From positions 1 to 64,000 of the IMG/VR virus record IMGVR_UViG_3300034031_000013: DNA of 64,000 bases; one strand, 5' to 3'. Both the position numbers and the translations under genes were made by a program. The notes beneath the pieces are model-generated. The model was not told the origin of the DNA. It ran no database searches and worked only from the letters and a program-made list of their open reading frames with translations. This document shows positions 27,612 to 38,200 of the stretch, piece after piece. Every line of letters starts with the position of its first letter. The first letter of the stretch is position 1. This DNA comes from a virus.

Positions 27612-30593
27612 TTACTTCTTAAACCAAACTTCTTTCAGATTAATCCACTTGCGATACGCTGGTGCCCCATCATTTATAAAGCAGGTTACTCTAAGCTTTG
27701 TAGGATTATTAATGTTCGCACCTGCTTCTGATAGTGTGCTCGTTGTTTGGACTGCATGATTCGCGTATTTGAATGAAAGAATCCCATTATTCGCACTTAT
27801 AGACAATGGTTGATGCTTTCTTACCTGCAATAGCAAACGTACCCTGCCTGCTTCATCTGCCAACACAGTTTGCTTGATGGTTTTGTCGTTTCCGGTAATC
27901 CTCAATCCTTGATATTGTTCAGTACCTAGATTATTGTCGGTGATGAAAAACCTTGCTATAACCTTATTTGCGCTGTCAATAACATCATAATAAATACCAG
28001 CAAGATTGCCGGTAGCGCCACCATGAAACTCATTGTTTTCAAAGCTGATTAAGGATGTAAGTTGCCAAACAGGAGTATTGGTATTAACACCCAATGAGAA
28101 AGTTTCTACCGCATCAACCGAAGGGTCAAGTGTTTTTATCCAAATGTCTTTGCTCTTTGCTACATCGTAAGAATGTTCTCCTACCGTAATTAATGCAGAT
28201 GGATTCGTATAGCCATCACCGTAATCGTTTAAAGGGAACCTAGTTATACCTAGCAACCCATTGACAACAGTTTGACCGCTCACAAGACCGCTTAAAACAT
28301 CTAATCCTTTGCTGGTTACAGAAAGAGCTGTACTGGTAGCAGTTTGGATTTGAATGGTATTTAAACCTGTGATTCTCCATAAGTGAATACCACCGTGAAC
28401 ACTTTCATCGCCGTGAATAAGGTACATCACTCCGTTTATTTCGAATAGCTGAGGTGTAACTGCGTTACCCGCAACTCCCTCCAATGGATAGTCTGATAGC
28501 CTGTCAGCACCAAACGTATTTATATACAATCCGCTTTCGTGGAGATGGGTGTAATAGTTGCACTGTCCACCTTTTCTAAACTCCCCATAATCTCCCCACA
28601 TAACATTACTGCCTAAAGCCATTGCCACATTCCCGGCATTTCCCGAGTAGGGTTTGTTTTCTGGCGGATCGCTAGCAGGCCGCCTGTTATAGTTTCCAAT
28701 ATCAAACCTTCCATCGGTGGGATAGTCGCCTTTATATCCTATACGAGTGGTTCTTGCATCTCTCCAAAGAAACTGACCTGTACTCACATCAATTGCCCCA
28801 AGCCTGAAACTATCTTTATCAAATTCGCTTACACCTCCCTGGAAAGAAAGCAGATAGCCCGATTGAGTAACCTCCCCTGCTAGTGGTTGTCTTGGACCGC
28901 CTGCTTTGGGGTCTTTATCACCAACAGTTACAGAAGCAACGTTTTGAACCGTACCATAAACAGGATTATGTTGAGCCGTAAAGCTTAGTAAGGGCTTGGA
29001 AATCCATGTTTGTACTTTGGTAGTATCATTGAACAGGTAGTTAGATTTTATAGAGCCATCGGGATACATTTTCCCGAAAGGAATATCCATTACAACCCCT
29101 GTATTTCTTAACCCTGAAACTGTATTTAGTTCAACGATATGGTACGCATCCTCTCTTACTCCGTAGGTTCTTCCGTTGGATAATGTGGCAAACTCTTTTA
29201 ATGTAGCATAAACACCATCGCTTGATTCTTGCCAGTTGTATTTAAGAACAGCCTTTTGCCTGATGTCGGCGGCTGAATAATCAACTTCGTATTCAAGAAA
29301 GCCGGCAATTAACCTTGATGGATTGTTCTTGTCAACTAAAGTGTTGTACGTTCTCCCCAAGTAGGAAACCTTCTCTATTAGAACATTAGATGCTGAAAAA
29401 TGCAGCATTCTGAAATTACCAGGATCAACAACCCAATAGCTGCCATCATTAAGAATCGCTAACGAACCAGCATCCCGTATCCCTTCCACGTATTTCCTAA
29501 AGCAGAACTTGTTATCAGCTACTACCGGGCTGTTAATGTTTCCTCCTGCAATGCCTATGCTATTGGTTTGAACGCCCGTAGTAGTGTTATAACATTTTAC
29601 TTGCTGTCCTGCACTCCCTCCATTCACAACCCCAACTGTTGAGCCGTTTATATAAATGTCAAGTACGTTGTTAAAAGCCGGAAGGGTTAGCGAAATACTG
29701 CCTAAGCTACCATCGCTATTAAGAACCCGTTTAGTAATTGTATCATTCGAACTTACCCAAATAGTAGAACCTTCTGCCCATAATTGCTTAGGTGCTGTGA
29801 TGGCGATATTCCTTACAAATGCGCCTGTTAGCTTATTGTAAACACCGATAATATTAGCATCCTTTCTTGGGATGAACAGATAAGTAGTTCCAACAGATAC
29901 GCCCGAAATCTTTACTCCGTCCGTTCTAAGGCCAATGGAACTGAATGTCGTTCCCTCCTGCATCTTTATGTTTGTGCCGGAAGAAAACGTTACCACTTCA
30001 TTATTATCTACCCTTGTAGCGAAAACAAAGGTGCTGTTTGGGTTATATGGATCAAACCCTGCCCAATAAACGTAAGTGCCGTCTGTTGTGAGGTACTCTG
30101 TTTTCTGATTGTTGCCTTCCTGTATGTTTATAGCGTCTTTCCTTATCTGAGGGGTATTTAGTTCAAAGTAGTACTGTGCCGCCCTTCCTTCACCATATCC
30201 GCTACATAGATAAGCTCTGTTGCCTGTAATTCTTATTCCTTCATAAGCATCCCAAGGACGGTGCATATCATCGCCAACCTGATTTGTGGATGAATTGCCC
30301 ATTACACCAAGCCACTCATACTTCACATCATGCGATAAAACTCTTATCTCATAAGAACTTCTTGGAAGCGGGGCAACTTCCCCAAAGTCGAGCAACCCAT
30401 CCCATTTTCTTACGTGCGTTCCAGCCTCGAAAAATTCACCAGACCAAAGGTTTCTGACTTTATTAGGGCTATTTTTAACGTAGACGGCTGCACTTTTCTT
30501 TCCTGCTGTTGCCAAGGTAAAGGAGAAGTTATCACCAACCGGCTGAACCGGAACTGTTATTATTCTGATGCCCAGTACTTTTGTCTTTGCCAT
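27612..30593 (-). CDS. Large virion-associated/adsorption protein (FlgD-like Ig domain plus beta-propeller)
   Basis: VRNLWSG....AGTH...WDG (FlgD-Ig pattern); beta-rich repeats. Confidence 0.6.
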   Translation of the reverse strand: MAKTKVLGIRIITVPVQPVGDNFSFTLATAGKKSAAVYVKNSPNKVRNLWSGEFFEAGTHVRKWDGLLDFGEVAPLPRSSYEIRVLSHDVKYEWLGVMGNSSTNQVGDDMHRPWDAYEGIRITGNRAYLCSGYGEGRAAQYYFELNTPQIRKDAINIQEGNNQKTEYLTTDGTYVYWAGFDPYNPNSTFVFATRVDNNEVVTFSSGTNIKMQEGTTFSSIGLRTDGVKISGVSVGTTYLFIPRKDANIIGVYNKLTGAFVRNIAITAPKQLWAEGSTIWVSSNDTITKRVLNSDGSLGSISLTLPAFNNVLDIYINGSTVGVVNGGSAGQQVKCYNTTTGVQTNSIGIAGGNINSPVVADNKFCFRKYVEGIRDAGSLAILNDGSYWVVDPGNFRMLHFSASNVLIEKVSYLGRTYNTLVDKNNPSRLIAGFLEYEVDYSAADIRQKAVLKYNWQESSDGVYATLKEFATLSNGRTYGVREDAYHIVELNTVSGLRNTGVVMDIPFGKMYPDGSIKSNYLFNDTTKVQTWISKPLLSFTAQHNPVYGTVQNVASVTVGDKDPKAGGPRQPLAGEVTQSGYLLSFQGGVSEFDKDSFRLGAIDVSTGQFLWRDARTTRIGYKGDYPTDGRFDIGNYNRRPASDPPENKPYSGNAGNVAMALGSNVMWGDYGEFRKGGQCNYYTHLHESGLYINTFGADRLSDYPLEGVAGNAVTPQLFEINGVMYLIHGDESVHGGIHLWRITGLNTIQIQTATSTALSVTSKGLDVLSGLVSGQTVVNGLLGITRFPLNDYGDGYTNPSALITVGEHSYDVAKSKDIWIKTLDPSVDAVETFSLGVNTNTPVWQLTSLISFENNEFHGGATGNLAGIYYDVIDSANKVIARFFITDNNLGTEQYQGLRITGNDKTIKQTVLADEAGRVRLLLQVRKHQPLSISANNGILSFKYANHAVQTTSTLSEAGANINNPTKLRVTCFINDGAPAYRKWINLKEVWFKK

Positions 30594-31945
30594 TATATTT
30601 CCGTTAGGCTAATCTTATCAATAGCGACATTTTTTACCCCATCTCCGGCGGTGTTTACCTCTTCGGCATTTTCATGCAGAACTGCATAGATGTCTACGTT
30701 AGGGCTGTTTTCTGCAAGCGTGAAGTCCATGATGCCGTTATAGTACCCGTTGGTTAACGATGTTATTGAAGCTGTACAATTAGAATCATCAATTATGACA
30801 CCTGTAGAGCCGTTGAACTTTGCTTTTACAAGTAGGTTATTACAGAACAACAAGAAAGTCACAAAATCAAACCCATCAGTGTTAAATCCAAATGCAACTC
30901 TGTAATTTTTACCCGTGACGAGATTGACGGGTACGCCGGATTTGTATACATTATGATCTACAGCGAAAGCTTGAGGGGTGATTTTAGCGGCTGTTAATGT
31001 CCCATCTACCGCTATAGCTGCGTTTAAGTCAAGCGAAGTTCCACCGCTAACTGAATAAGTGCTATTATTGAATTGATAGTCTGCTAAAATATTTACTGCC
31101 GATACGGCGGCTTGGGTTGTTGCACTTTGTGTGGCACTCCAAGCACTATCTACATACCCCGATGCCTGCGACTTAACCCTAAAGTAATAAAGCGTTGAAG
31201 CGGTTAAAGCAGTTTTTGTGTAAGTGTTTAAAGCTCCTGTATAAATTTGCGTTGTCCCTGTAAAATCCGAATTAGAGGCTATTTCAACTATTGAATTGGT
31301 CGCATTCACATCATCCGTCCAATCAGTTTTTATAGAGGTATCGCTTAATACCGTGGGCGTTAAGGCAGGTGTTGTTAGTTGGGTTTGTACACCACCGCCA
31401 CCAGTTAAGGCGGAAAATGCAAAACCGCTGTTAGTCACTGCCAAAACGCTCCCTACTGTAGATGCCCCTGTAAATGTTTGAAGGACAGCCTTGATTAGTT
31501 CTGCAAATGCAGGGATATTTGGGTCTACTCGCTTAAAGGCAGGTTCCTCGCCCTGCGCTGGAACATCAACTAGATCAAACTGCGGAAATTCGTAGCCTGT
31601 TAGAAACTCATCGTCTATCTTCCCATTGTCGTCTAAAAGGTCCTCGCCGCCTCCGCCACCACCGCCTGATGCCAACACAGGGGTTAGTAAGTCAACAAGA
31701 GCTGACTTAGTGCCCGAAAACGTTACACCATTTACCTGAACCGTATCGACCGTTAGATTAATCGAATAATAATCGCCAGGGTCTTTCTCACCACGCCCTA
31801 CCTCGACATAAACACCATTAGCCGTTTCCTCTACCGTAGAGGCTTTATTTACGTAGCTCCGAACGATAGGCGCATTAGTGTAACTGTTGACGGAGAGGCT
31901 TATGGTAAAGCCCGATGAATCTGATGTGAAAGCGTATGTTGCCAT
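30593..31945 (-). CDS. Tail-associated protein with FN3 and carbohydrate-binding-like domains
   Basis: LTASTLYYFRVKS...SAWS (FN3); poly-Gly linkers. Confidence 0.7.
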   Translation of the reverse strand: MATYAFTSDSSGFTISLSVNSYTNAPIVRSYVNKASTVEETANGVYVEVGRGEKDPGDYYSINLTVDTVQVNGVTFSGTKSALVDLLTPVLASGGGGGGGEDLLDDNGKIDDEFLTGYEFPQFDLVDVPAQGEEPAFKRVDPNIPAFAELIKAVLQTFTGASTVGSVLAVTNSGFAFSALTGGGGVQTQLTTPALTPTVLSDTSIKTDWTDDVNATNSIVEIASNSDFTGTTQIYTGALNTYTKTALTASTLYYFRVKSQASGYVDSAWSATQSATTQAAVSAVNILADYQFNNSTYSVSGGTSLDLNAAIAVDGTLTAAKITPQAFAVDHNVYKSGVPVNLVTGKNYRVAFGFNTDGFDFVTFLLFCNNLLVKAKFNGSTGVIIDDSNCTASITSLTNGYYNGIMDFTLAENSPNVDIYAVLHENAEEVNTAGDGVKNVAIDKISLTEI

Positions 31946-32045
31946 TTAGTATCCTTTTAAAAGCGAAAAGCCCTACTGTTTTATGTACTTAAAAATACAC
32001 TAAACAATAGGGCGCTTTTGGCGGAATAGGTGGGGTTCTCTAGTG

Positions 32046-32465
32046 CTAAGTGTCGTACTTTTTTGGCAACCGTTCCTCTAACAGCGTAAACAGTTTAGTA
32101 AAGTGAATACTTGTTTCTTCGTTTCGTTGATTTTGAGTGCGTATAAAGCTCTCTAATTTTGAGTCTATCTTAACTACCTCTTTTTGGTTTTTCATCATCA
32201 CCTCGTCTAGCTTTCTGCCGTACTCGCCAAACTTCTTTTCATTAGATTCTTTCTCCCAATGCACTTGACTCGCAAGCAGTGAAGCCTTCCCTTCCATTTC
32301 GCGCTGGGCGAGAATCGTAGCCTTATTGGCTAGCTCCTTCTCTGCTAGTAATTGCCCTGACTCTAGCTTCTCTTGAGGTTTACGGAAGAAGTGGTAAACG
32401 GAAAAGATAAATCCTAGAATACCTCCTACGCTTAGTATGTTCGGTAGTGTTATTTCAAATCCCAT
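32046..32465 (-). CDS. N-terminal TM plus coiled-coil protein
   Basis: One TM helix followed by heptads. Confidence 0.6.
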   Translation of the reverse strand: MGFEITLPNILSVGGILGFIFSVYHFFRKPQEKLESGQLLAEKELANKATILAQREMEGKASLLASQVHWEKESNEKKFGEYGRKLDEVMMKNQKEVVKIDSKLESFIRTQNQRNEETSIHFTKLFTLLEERLPKKYDT

Positions 32466-32507
32466 TGCTATGCGCTGAGTTGTTGTTTAAATCGTGATTG
32501 TAAATTG

Positions 32508-34286
32508 TTAATCATTGCCTCCGACAATCGCACCCATAGCATCGCGCCAGTTAGTACCGTCATAATGAATTATTTTATTAAGAGTTAAATCTATTATTGT
32601 TCTGCCCGTATCTGGATTAGATGGACGGTTTGCAGTACTTAAACGTTGAATGCCAAGTTTCATAGTTCCATCCTGAAAGAAACTGAAAAGCTCTTTCCCT
32701 GAATTAATTAAGGAAAATCTTGGAATACTAAAAAACGCGATATCTGAAACGATCCCGTAGAACCAATTCTTTGCAGATTCTCCCGCTGTGTCAGTGAAGG
32801 CATTACCAGTATTTCCGTCTGTGGCGAAAAATGCGTTTAATAATGATTGTCGTCCGGCTGTACCTGTCCTGTACTTACCGCGAGATCTAAACTTAACAAC
32901 ATCATTCCCGCCATCGCCCCCCTGAATAGACCCAGCTTCAAAACCGTCCTGCAAAGCAAGTTTCCCTGACAGGTTTTTAATAATATCCTGCCCTCCAATC
33001 TTAAGCTTATTCCCATACTCGGATGAACCTGCCCCTGTTATTGAAAGCAGTGTTACACACTCTTGTATGTCATTCCCTGTAATGATATTATCATTTGAAC
33101 CGTTTATCTCTCTTACACCGTATTCAGGAGCTGCACCAGGAAAAGGTTCCCCTACTATTGAACCAATACTATTGCTGAGAACTCTGACCCCGTGAGAATT
33201 ATCAATCAAGATGGCAGATTCCTCACAATATTGCAGGTCGTTATTGGTTATTGACACTTGACCGCTCTCGATTACTCTGACTGAACATCCTCCAGTATTT
33301 AATACCTCATTACCTGAAATAAATACATTAAAAGACTTCTTGATAACAATCCCATTTCCTGTTCCTTCGCGCCCTGTACTTATAAAGTTGTTGGTTATTT
33401 TAACATCAAATAATTTATTACTCCCTAAATCACCCTCTACTATTATCCCATCTCCCTTAATTGAGTCAATATCGCAATGGGAAACCACCAGAAAAGTACC
33501 AGGGAATGCGCCAGTTGAAACATAACGTATACCTGTAGCTAACTCTTGGGCGGAGTCTGCCGCTCCTAAATGACACCTATCAATCAATACAGAAGGCATA
33601 TCAAGTAAGTCGATATAGAAATCAACTATGTTCAAGAAACTACATTCGGCTATATTTAAGAATGTTCCACCACCCGAACTGCGTATACCGAATCTGTTTC
33701 CCGCAAAATGACAGTTTTTTATTGTTGAATATAGTGGCGTGATTAATTCTGCTCCGTATTCAAAGTACCCAACAATCCTAAGATTAGATAGTAAAAATCT
33801 TGAAGCCCCGTTTACTTTTATAGCTGAACAACCAGCTTTTGAGTTCCAAAAAAAAGACAGTCCTGAAATTACGTTATAGGTATTGCTTAAAATAAAGCAA
33901 GCATCGCCAGCAGTTACAGGTCTAATTTCCGCCAACGTAGAATCGCTGAAAACTTTCTGCCTATCCTGTAGTGCTATATTTGATATATTATAAATGCCTT
34001 TTGGCACTCTTATATCAAAACCACTAGCAACAGCCTTTTGGAAAGCAGCGGTATCGTTTGCGAAACCATCTCCAACTGCCCCAAACCAACTAACATCAAC
34101 CGCCCCTGTGAAGTTTCTTTTAAAATATTCGCTACCTAATTTACGATAGATCACGCCATCGCATTTAGCATTCGACATAGCCGAGCCATCGGAATATGCG
34201 GTAACCTTGCTATAAGTAAAGCTTTCGCCTGTATTGCTGTCTAGTATGCCGTAAAGCGTATCCTGAATCCTTTGAACTTGCGCCAT
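32508..34286 (-). CDS. Tailspike with right-handed beta-helix (pectate-lyase-like depolymerase)
   Basis: VSWFGAVGDG.ANDTAAFQKA...VPKGIY then parallel beta-helix repeats. Confidence 0.85.
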   Translation of the reverse strand: MAQVQRIQDTLYGILDSNTGESFTYSKVTAYSDGSAMSNAKCDGVIYRKLGSEYFKRNFTGAVDVSWFGAVGDGFANDTAAFQKAVASGFDIRVPKGIYNISNIALQDRQKVFSDSTLAEIRPVTAGDACFILSNTYNVISGLSFFWNSKAGCSAIKVNGASRFLLSNLRIVGYFEYGAELITPLYSTIKNCHFAGNRFGIRSSGGGTFLNIAECSFLNIVDFYIDLLDMPSVLIDRCHLGAADSAQELATGIRYVSTGAFPGTFLVVSHCDIDSIKGDGIIVEGDLGSNKLFDVKITNNFISTGREGTGNGIVIKKSFNVFISGNEVLNTGGCSVRVIESGQVSITNNDLQYCEESAILIDNSHGVRVLSNSIGSIVGEPFPGAAPEYGVREINGSNDNIITGNDIQECVTLLSITGAGSSEYGNKLKIGGQDIIKNLSGKLALQDGFEAGSIQGGDGGNDVVKFRSRGKYRTGTAGRQSLLNAFFATDGNTGNAFTDTAGESAKNWFYGIVSDIAFFSIPRFSLINSGKELFSFFQDGTMKLGIQRLSTANRPSNPDTGRTIIDLTLNKIIHYDGTNWRDAMGAIVGGND

Positions 34287-34288
34287 AA

Positions 34289-34663
34289 TTATATATCAAA
34301 TAAATCGTCAGAAAAAACGACTGCCAAATCGTCAAAGGCATCGTCAAAAGTTGCTTTTGATACACCCTCGGATACTATGGTGATGTTGGGTATAACTATT
34401 CGTGTATTTATCATAGGTTGTTCTATACTGGCTGCATCAATGGCTTTTAAAAGGAGTGAATGAATTTTTTGCGTTTGGTCGTTATTTACACTATCCTCCA
34501 AATCTATATCAAGGCTGTTTATTAAAATGCCTAAATAGATTAGATGATGAACATTGTTGTTTTTGGAGCCGTTTTTAAGAGATGTGGAATGTTCTTTTAG
34601 CTCATCGCTAAAGAATGCCTTGGCTCGTATAAGCGTAGTAGTTATTTCAGATAGCTCTACCAT
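34289..34663 (-). CDS. Tail-associated hypothetical protein
   Basis: ORF in late operon. Confidence 0.6.
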   Translation of the reverse strand: MVELSEITTTLIRAKAFFSDELKEHSTSLKNGSKNNNVHHLIYLGILINSLDIDLEDSVNNDQTQKIHSLLLKAIDAASIEQPMINTRIVIPNITIVSEGVSKATFDDAFDDLAVVFSDDLFDI

Positions 34664-35148
34664 TACACAAGGAGGTCTAAGTAGGTGTTTGCGTTGTCGA
34701 TGTTCTGTTGGTAGGATACCTGTTTCCCTGCTAAAAATCTGTCGCTCATGTAGCCGTTTATAAACAAGGATATGTTAGACAGATGGCTATTGCTCTTTGT
34801 ATTACAGCAATGACCGTTTAAGATAGCTTCGTTAAGCTTAGTTGCAGTAATGCGGTGCGTTGGGTACTCCCACGTTAAGGAATAAGAAGCGATTCCTGCC
34901 AGTGTTAGAGACGCTATTAGCAGATAATCTTTGGTCTTGGTAAACGTCCTTACATTGTCGGAGTCATTGACAAAATCAAGCGTAGCAAGAGTGTTTCCGT
35001 AAACATCCTTTACGACAATTTTATTCGTAGTGAAATTCGACTTTACATAACCCTGATCGTTCGATATATCGAAGCTTTGCTGCGTTACGGTAACCAGAGT
35101 GCCGTCAGCACTTTCAGTAAGGGAGAATTTAGGTACAAAACTTGCCAT
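34663..35148 (-). CDS. Tail-associated hypothetical protein
   Basis: Start moved to MASFV (35148), downstream of the late promoter at 35167-35201. Confidence 0.6.
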   Translation of the reverse strand: MASFVPKFSLTESADGTLVTVTQQSFDISNDQGYVKSNFTTNKIVVKDVYGNTLATLDFVNDSDNVRTFTKTKDYLLIASLTLAGIASYSLTWEYPTHRITATKLNEAILNGHCCNTKSNSHLSNISLFINGYMSDRFLAGKQVSYQQNIDNANTYLDLLV

Positions 35149-35244
35149 CTTTAATTTGTTCTTTATCAAAGATAACCTCTACATAAAGGCGGTTTTGGCG
35201 GTTTTAAGGGGTACGAAAAAGGGAGAAATTAATCTCCCTGTATA

Positions 35245-38200
35245 TTATTCTTCTTCGGCTTTCAGCGTTAGGTCATATTCGCCTTTCCCTTTTTGGTAGT
35301 CTTTCAATATCTTATCCTTAGAATACGCATTGACTTCGCTCTTAAGTTTGTTTTTAGCAGTAATTGCCGCCGCCTCTTTCGACTCTCCTTTATCTATTGC
35401 TTTCTTAGTTACAGTAGCTAGGATTGTTTCGCCATGCTTGGCTATGAACTCTTTCTTATAAGCCTGACGCTCTCTGATTTGCTTTGGTGAAAGCTGATAG
35501 GTTTTAGACTCTCCGTCTTTTTCTACCTTGATGTAGATTAGTTTAGGGGATACGCCCGATACGGCTTCCTTAGCGGCTTCGGTGGCTTCTTTCTTTACCG
35601 CCCCTATTTCTTTCTCAAATTCCTGTACGGTCATTTGAGCATACTCGCTAAACCTAGATTTAAGGTTGCCTTTGATGTATTCTCCGTAAGCCTGTTTGTA
35701 TGTCTTAAATTCGTCTTTCGTTGGCGTTCTTTTTTCAAAAGTTTCAGGGTCGAATACCTCTACGTCGTTTCTGTGTTTCTCAAAAAACGATACGTTCTTT
35801 TTGGCAAGTAGCATACGTAACTTCTCATCTTTATCCTTATCTAAAAACTCAGGCGTTCCGTAAGTGTTCATATTTACCCCAAAGAAACTTAGCGCAATCA
35901 AAAAAGATGACATTGTTTCGGGATGCTCTTTACGTAGCTCATCAATCCCTTGCGTCCATATTGGGGCTGTGGCTGCCCACATTTCACTTTCGGCGTCGAA
36001 CATCTGTCCTTTTCTTTCGTCAAGTATTCGGTATCCTACCCCTGATAATGGCGAGAATTTATTTGTGCTGAATCGCATAAGCAAATCCCATCTATTCGGG
36101 CTGAATGCGTTCTCGCCTAGATTTATTGTCTTACTGGACGAGGCTGATTTGTAATTACCTGTGAACTCCCTTGCAAATAGTATCACATTCTGATTAAGCC
36201 CTCCGAATAGGTCGATTCTTGTATTTCCAATTCTAAGTTTCATGAAATCATTGCTCACTGGATTGAATACATCAGGGTTCTCATCTTCGTCGTTATCATC
36301 TCTGAAAGACTTTATCGCAAGCGTCAAGGTTGTTGCTACGGTAATAAATGTAGCCATCTTTAATGTTGCTCGTTTTGCTACAACAGGGCTCGTGTACCAC
36401 ATATGCCCCCAATATCCAGGATTCGTAAGCGATAGCGTTGCTGTTATCTTTCTCGGAGCAAAGAATACTACAGCTAATTCCTTAGCAACAGGCTCGGCGA
36501 ATCTTAATCTGCCCCTGAATGTAATATTATTAGCCGCATTAGCCGCTATTTCATACTGTCTTGGGTCACTCTCGAACGTAATACCCTTAGCCTTAAGGTC
36601 GGCGGCAAACTGCTTAAACAACTGAACCCTGAGCGTATCGACAACGCCTGTATAAGCTCGCTCTGTGGCTCTGTAAGGATTGAATAATATAGCTCGTTCG
36701 TATAGTTTCCTATTTGTGTATTGAAGTGGGTAAAGCATCCCTTCCCATATTTTATTTATCACCGAACCGCTTAATTGGTAATCTTTTGAGCCTAGCTTTG
36801 TATTGGGGAACTGTAAAGCTAACCCCGATTGCTCCATGACAGAAAATAGCGGGTCTGCTTTTAATTTAGCTAAGAATGTCCTTTCGTAATTTTCCGAAGC
36901 CATGAATTTAAACCCTTCTTTTATCGCTTCGTAGGTTTTAACAGGATTAGTAGATAATGCGGCTACTATTCCCTGTACTCCTAGCGCACTAAAGTCTAAG
37001 CCAGCCTGCAAGGCGCGTTGAAGCCCTGATGTCCATTCTATACTACCGTCTTTAAACTTTTGCCATCCAGTTCTATTAGCCTGTTCATTCTCAAAATGAG
37101 CTTCATCATACTTGCCTCTTACTTCATGTGCTTTCGCCTCAAGTTCCGCTAGTTCTCCATCGGCGAGAACTGGGCTTGGTTTAGATTTAGGCGCGAAGTT
37201 CTTGGCATCTAATCTTTCATTCTTCTCTCTGATAAATTCTTTCAGATATTCTTTCCGTTTTTCACGTCTCTGATTTTCGTCTAATTCTGCTTCTGCCTGC
37301 GTTTTCGGTATTGTTTTTTCAAGGATATTTATTTGACGCTTTAATTCGCGCTCCTTCTCGCTTAATGCGCTATACTCTTTGCCGTCCTTGGTTTTCTTTT
37401 TCCCTATTTCTAAATCTTCAAGTTGGGAATATAGCCTGCCTAACCGTTTTGCTTCGTTGATTTTCTGTTGAAGTGCGTCGGCGGTGCGGTTTACTGTCTT
37501 ACCGTATTTTGTTATAGCATCACGAACCTGCCTTGGTGTAATATCAGGCAAATCCTTTTGAACTTCTGCTTGTACAGCTTCGGTTAAACCGTTAATATCA
37601 GTTACTCCTTGCTCTACAAGGTCACGGATGAAGTTAGAGGGTATAACTAGCTCGCCTTCTTCCACGAACGGTTTCTCAACCACTCCATCTAAATCAACTT
37701 TGCCTTTCCCGCCGATTCGCTCATAAAGCTCAGGTAGCTTCATTTTGGATTCGACGCCAACGGTTTTAAGCATTTCCTTCGCCCACACCTTAAAGTCACC
37801 TTTCGATTCCTTAAGGTTTAATCGAGCATACTCTATAAAGTCTGCTTCAAACCAAATGGTAGCTACACGGGAAATGTCGTTAAACACCCTGTATTTCTTC
37901 GCTAACTCTCTTTTACGGGCTTGCTCCTGTGGGGTAAGCACCGATTTCTTGGTCTTGGCACTTCTTGCAATATCTTCCGCAATATCCTTTACTGCCTGCT
38001 CTTCCTCGGCTTTAATAAAGCGTTGTTCGGCTTCTGCGATTTCTTCTTTTAGTCGGGTGAGTTCTTTGTCGTACTCTTTGAATTTAGCCTCTATTTCGGG
38101 AGAAATATAGCCCTTGTTAACTTTCTTGTACTGCTCGATCTGTGAAACGAGGTTGTAGTCTTTGTCAAGTAAGCCACGACGCAATCTAAAGGCTAGAGAC

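Noticed and set aside
27612-34286. Diversity-generating retroelement acting on tail genes
   Set aside because: No reverse transcriptase and no TR/VR pair noticed
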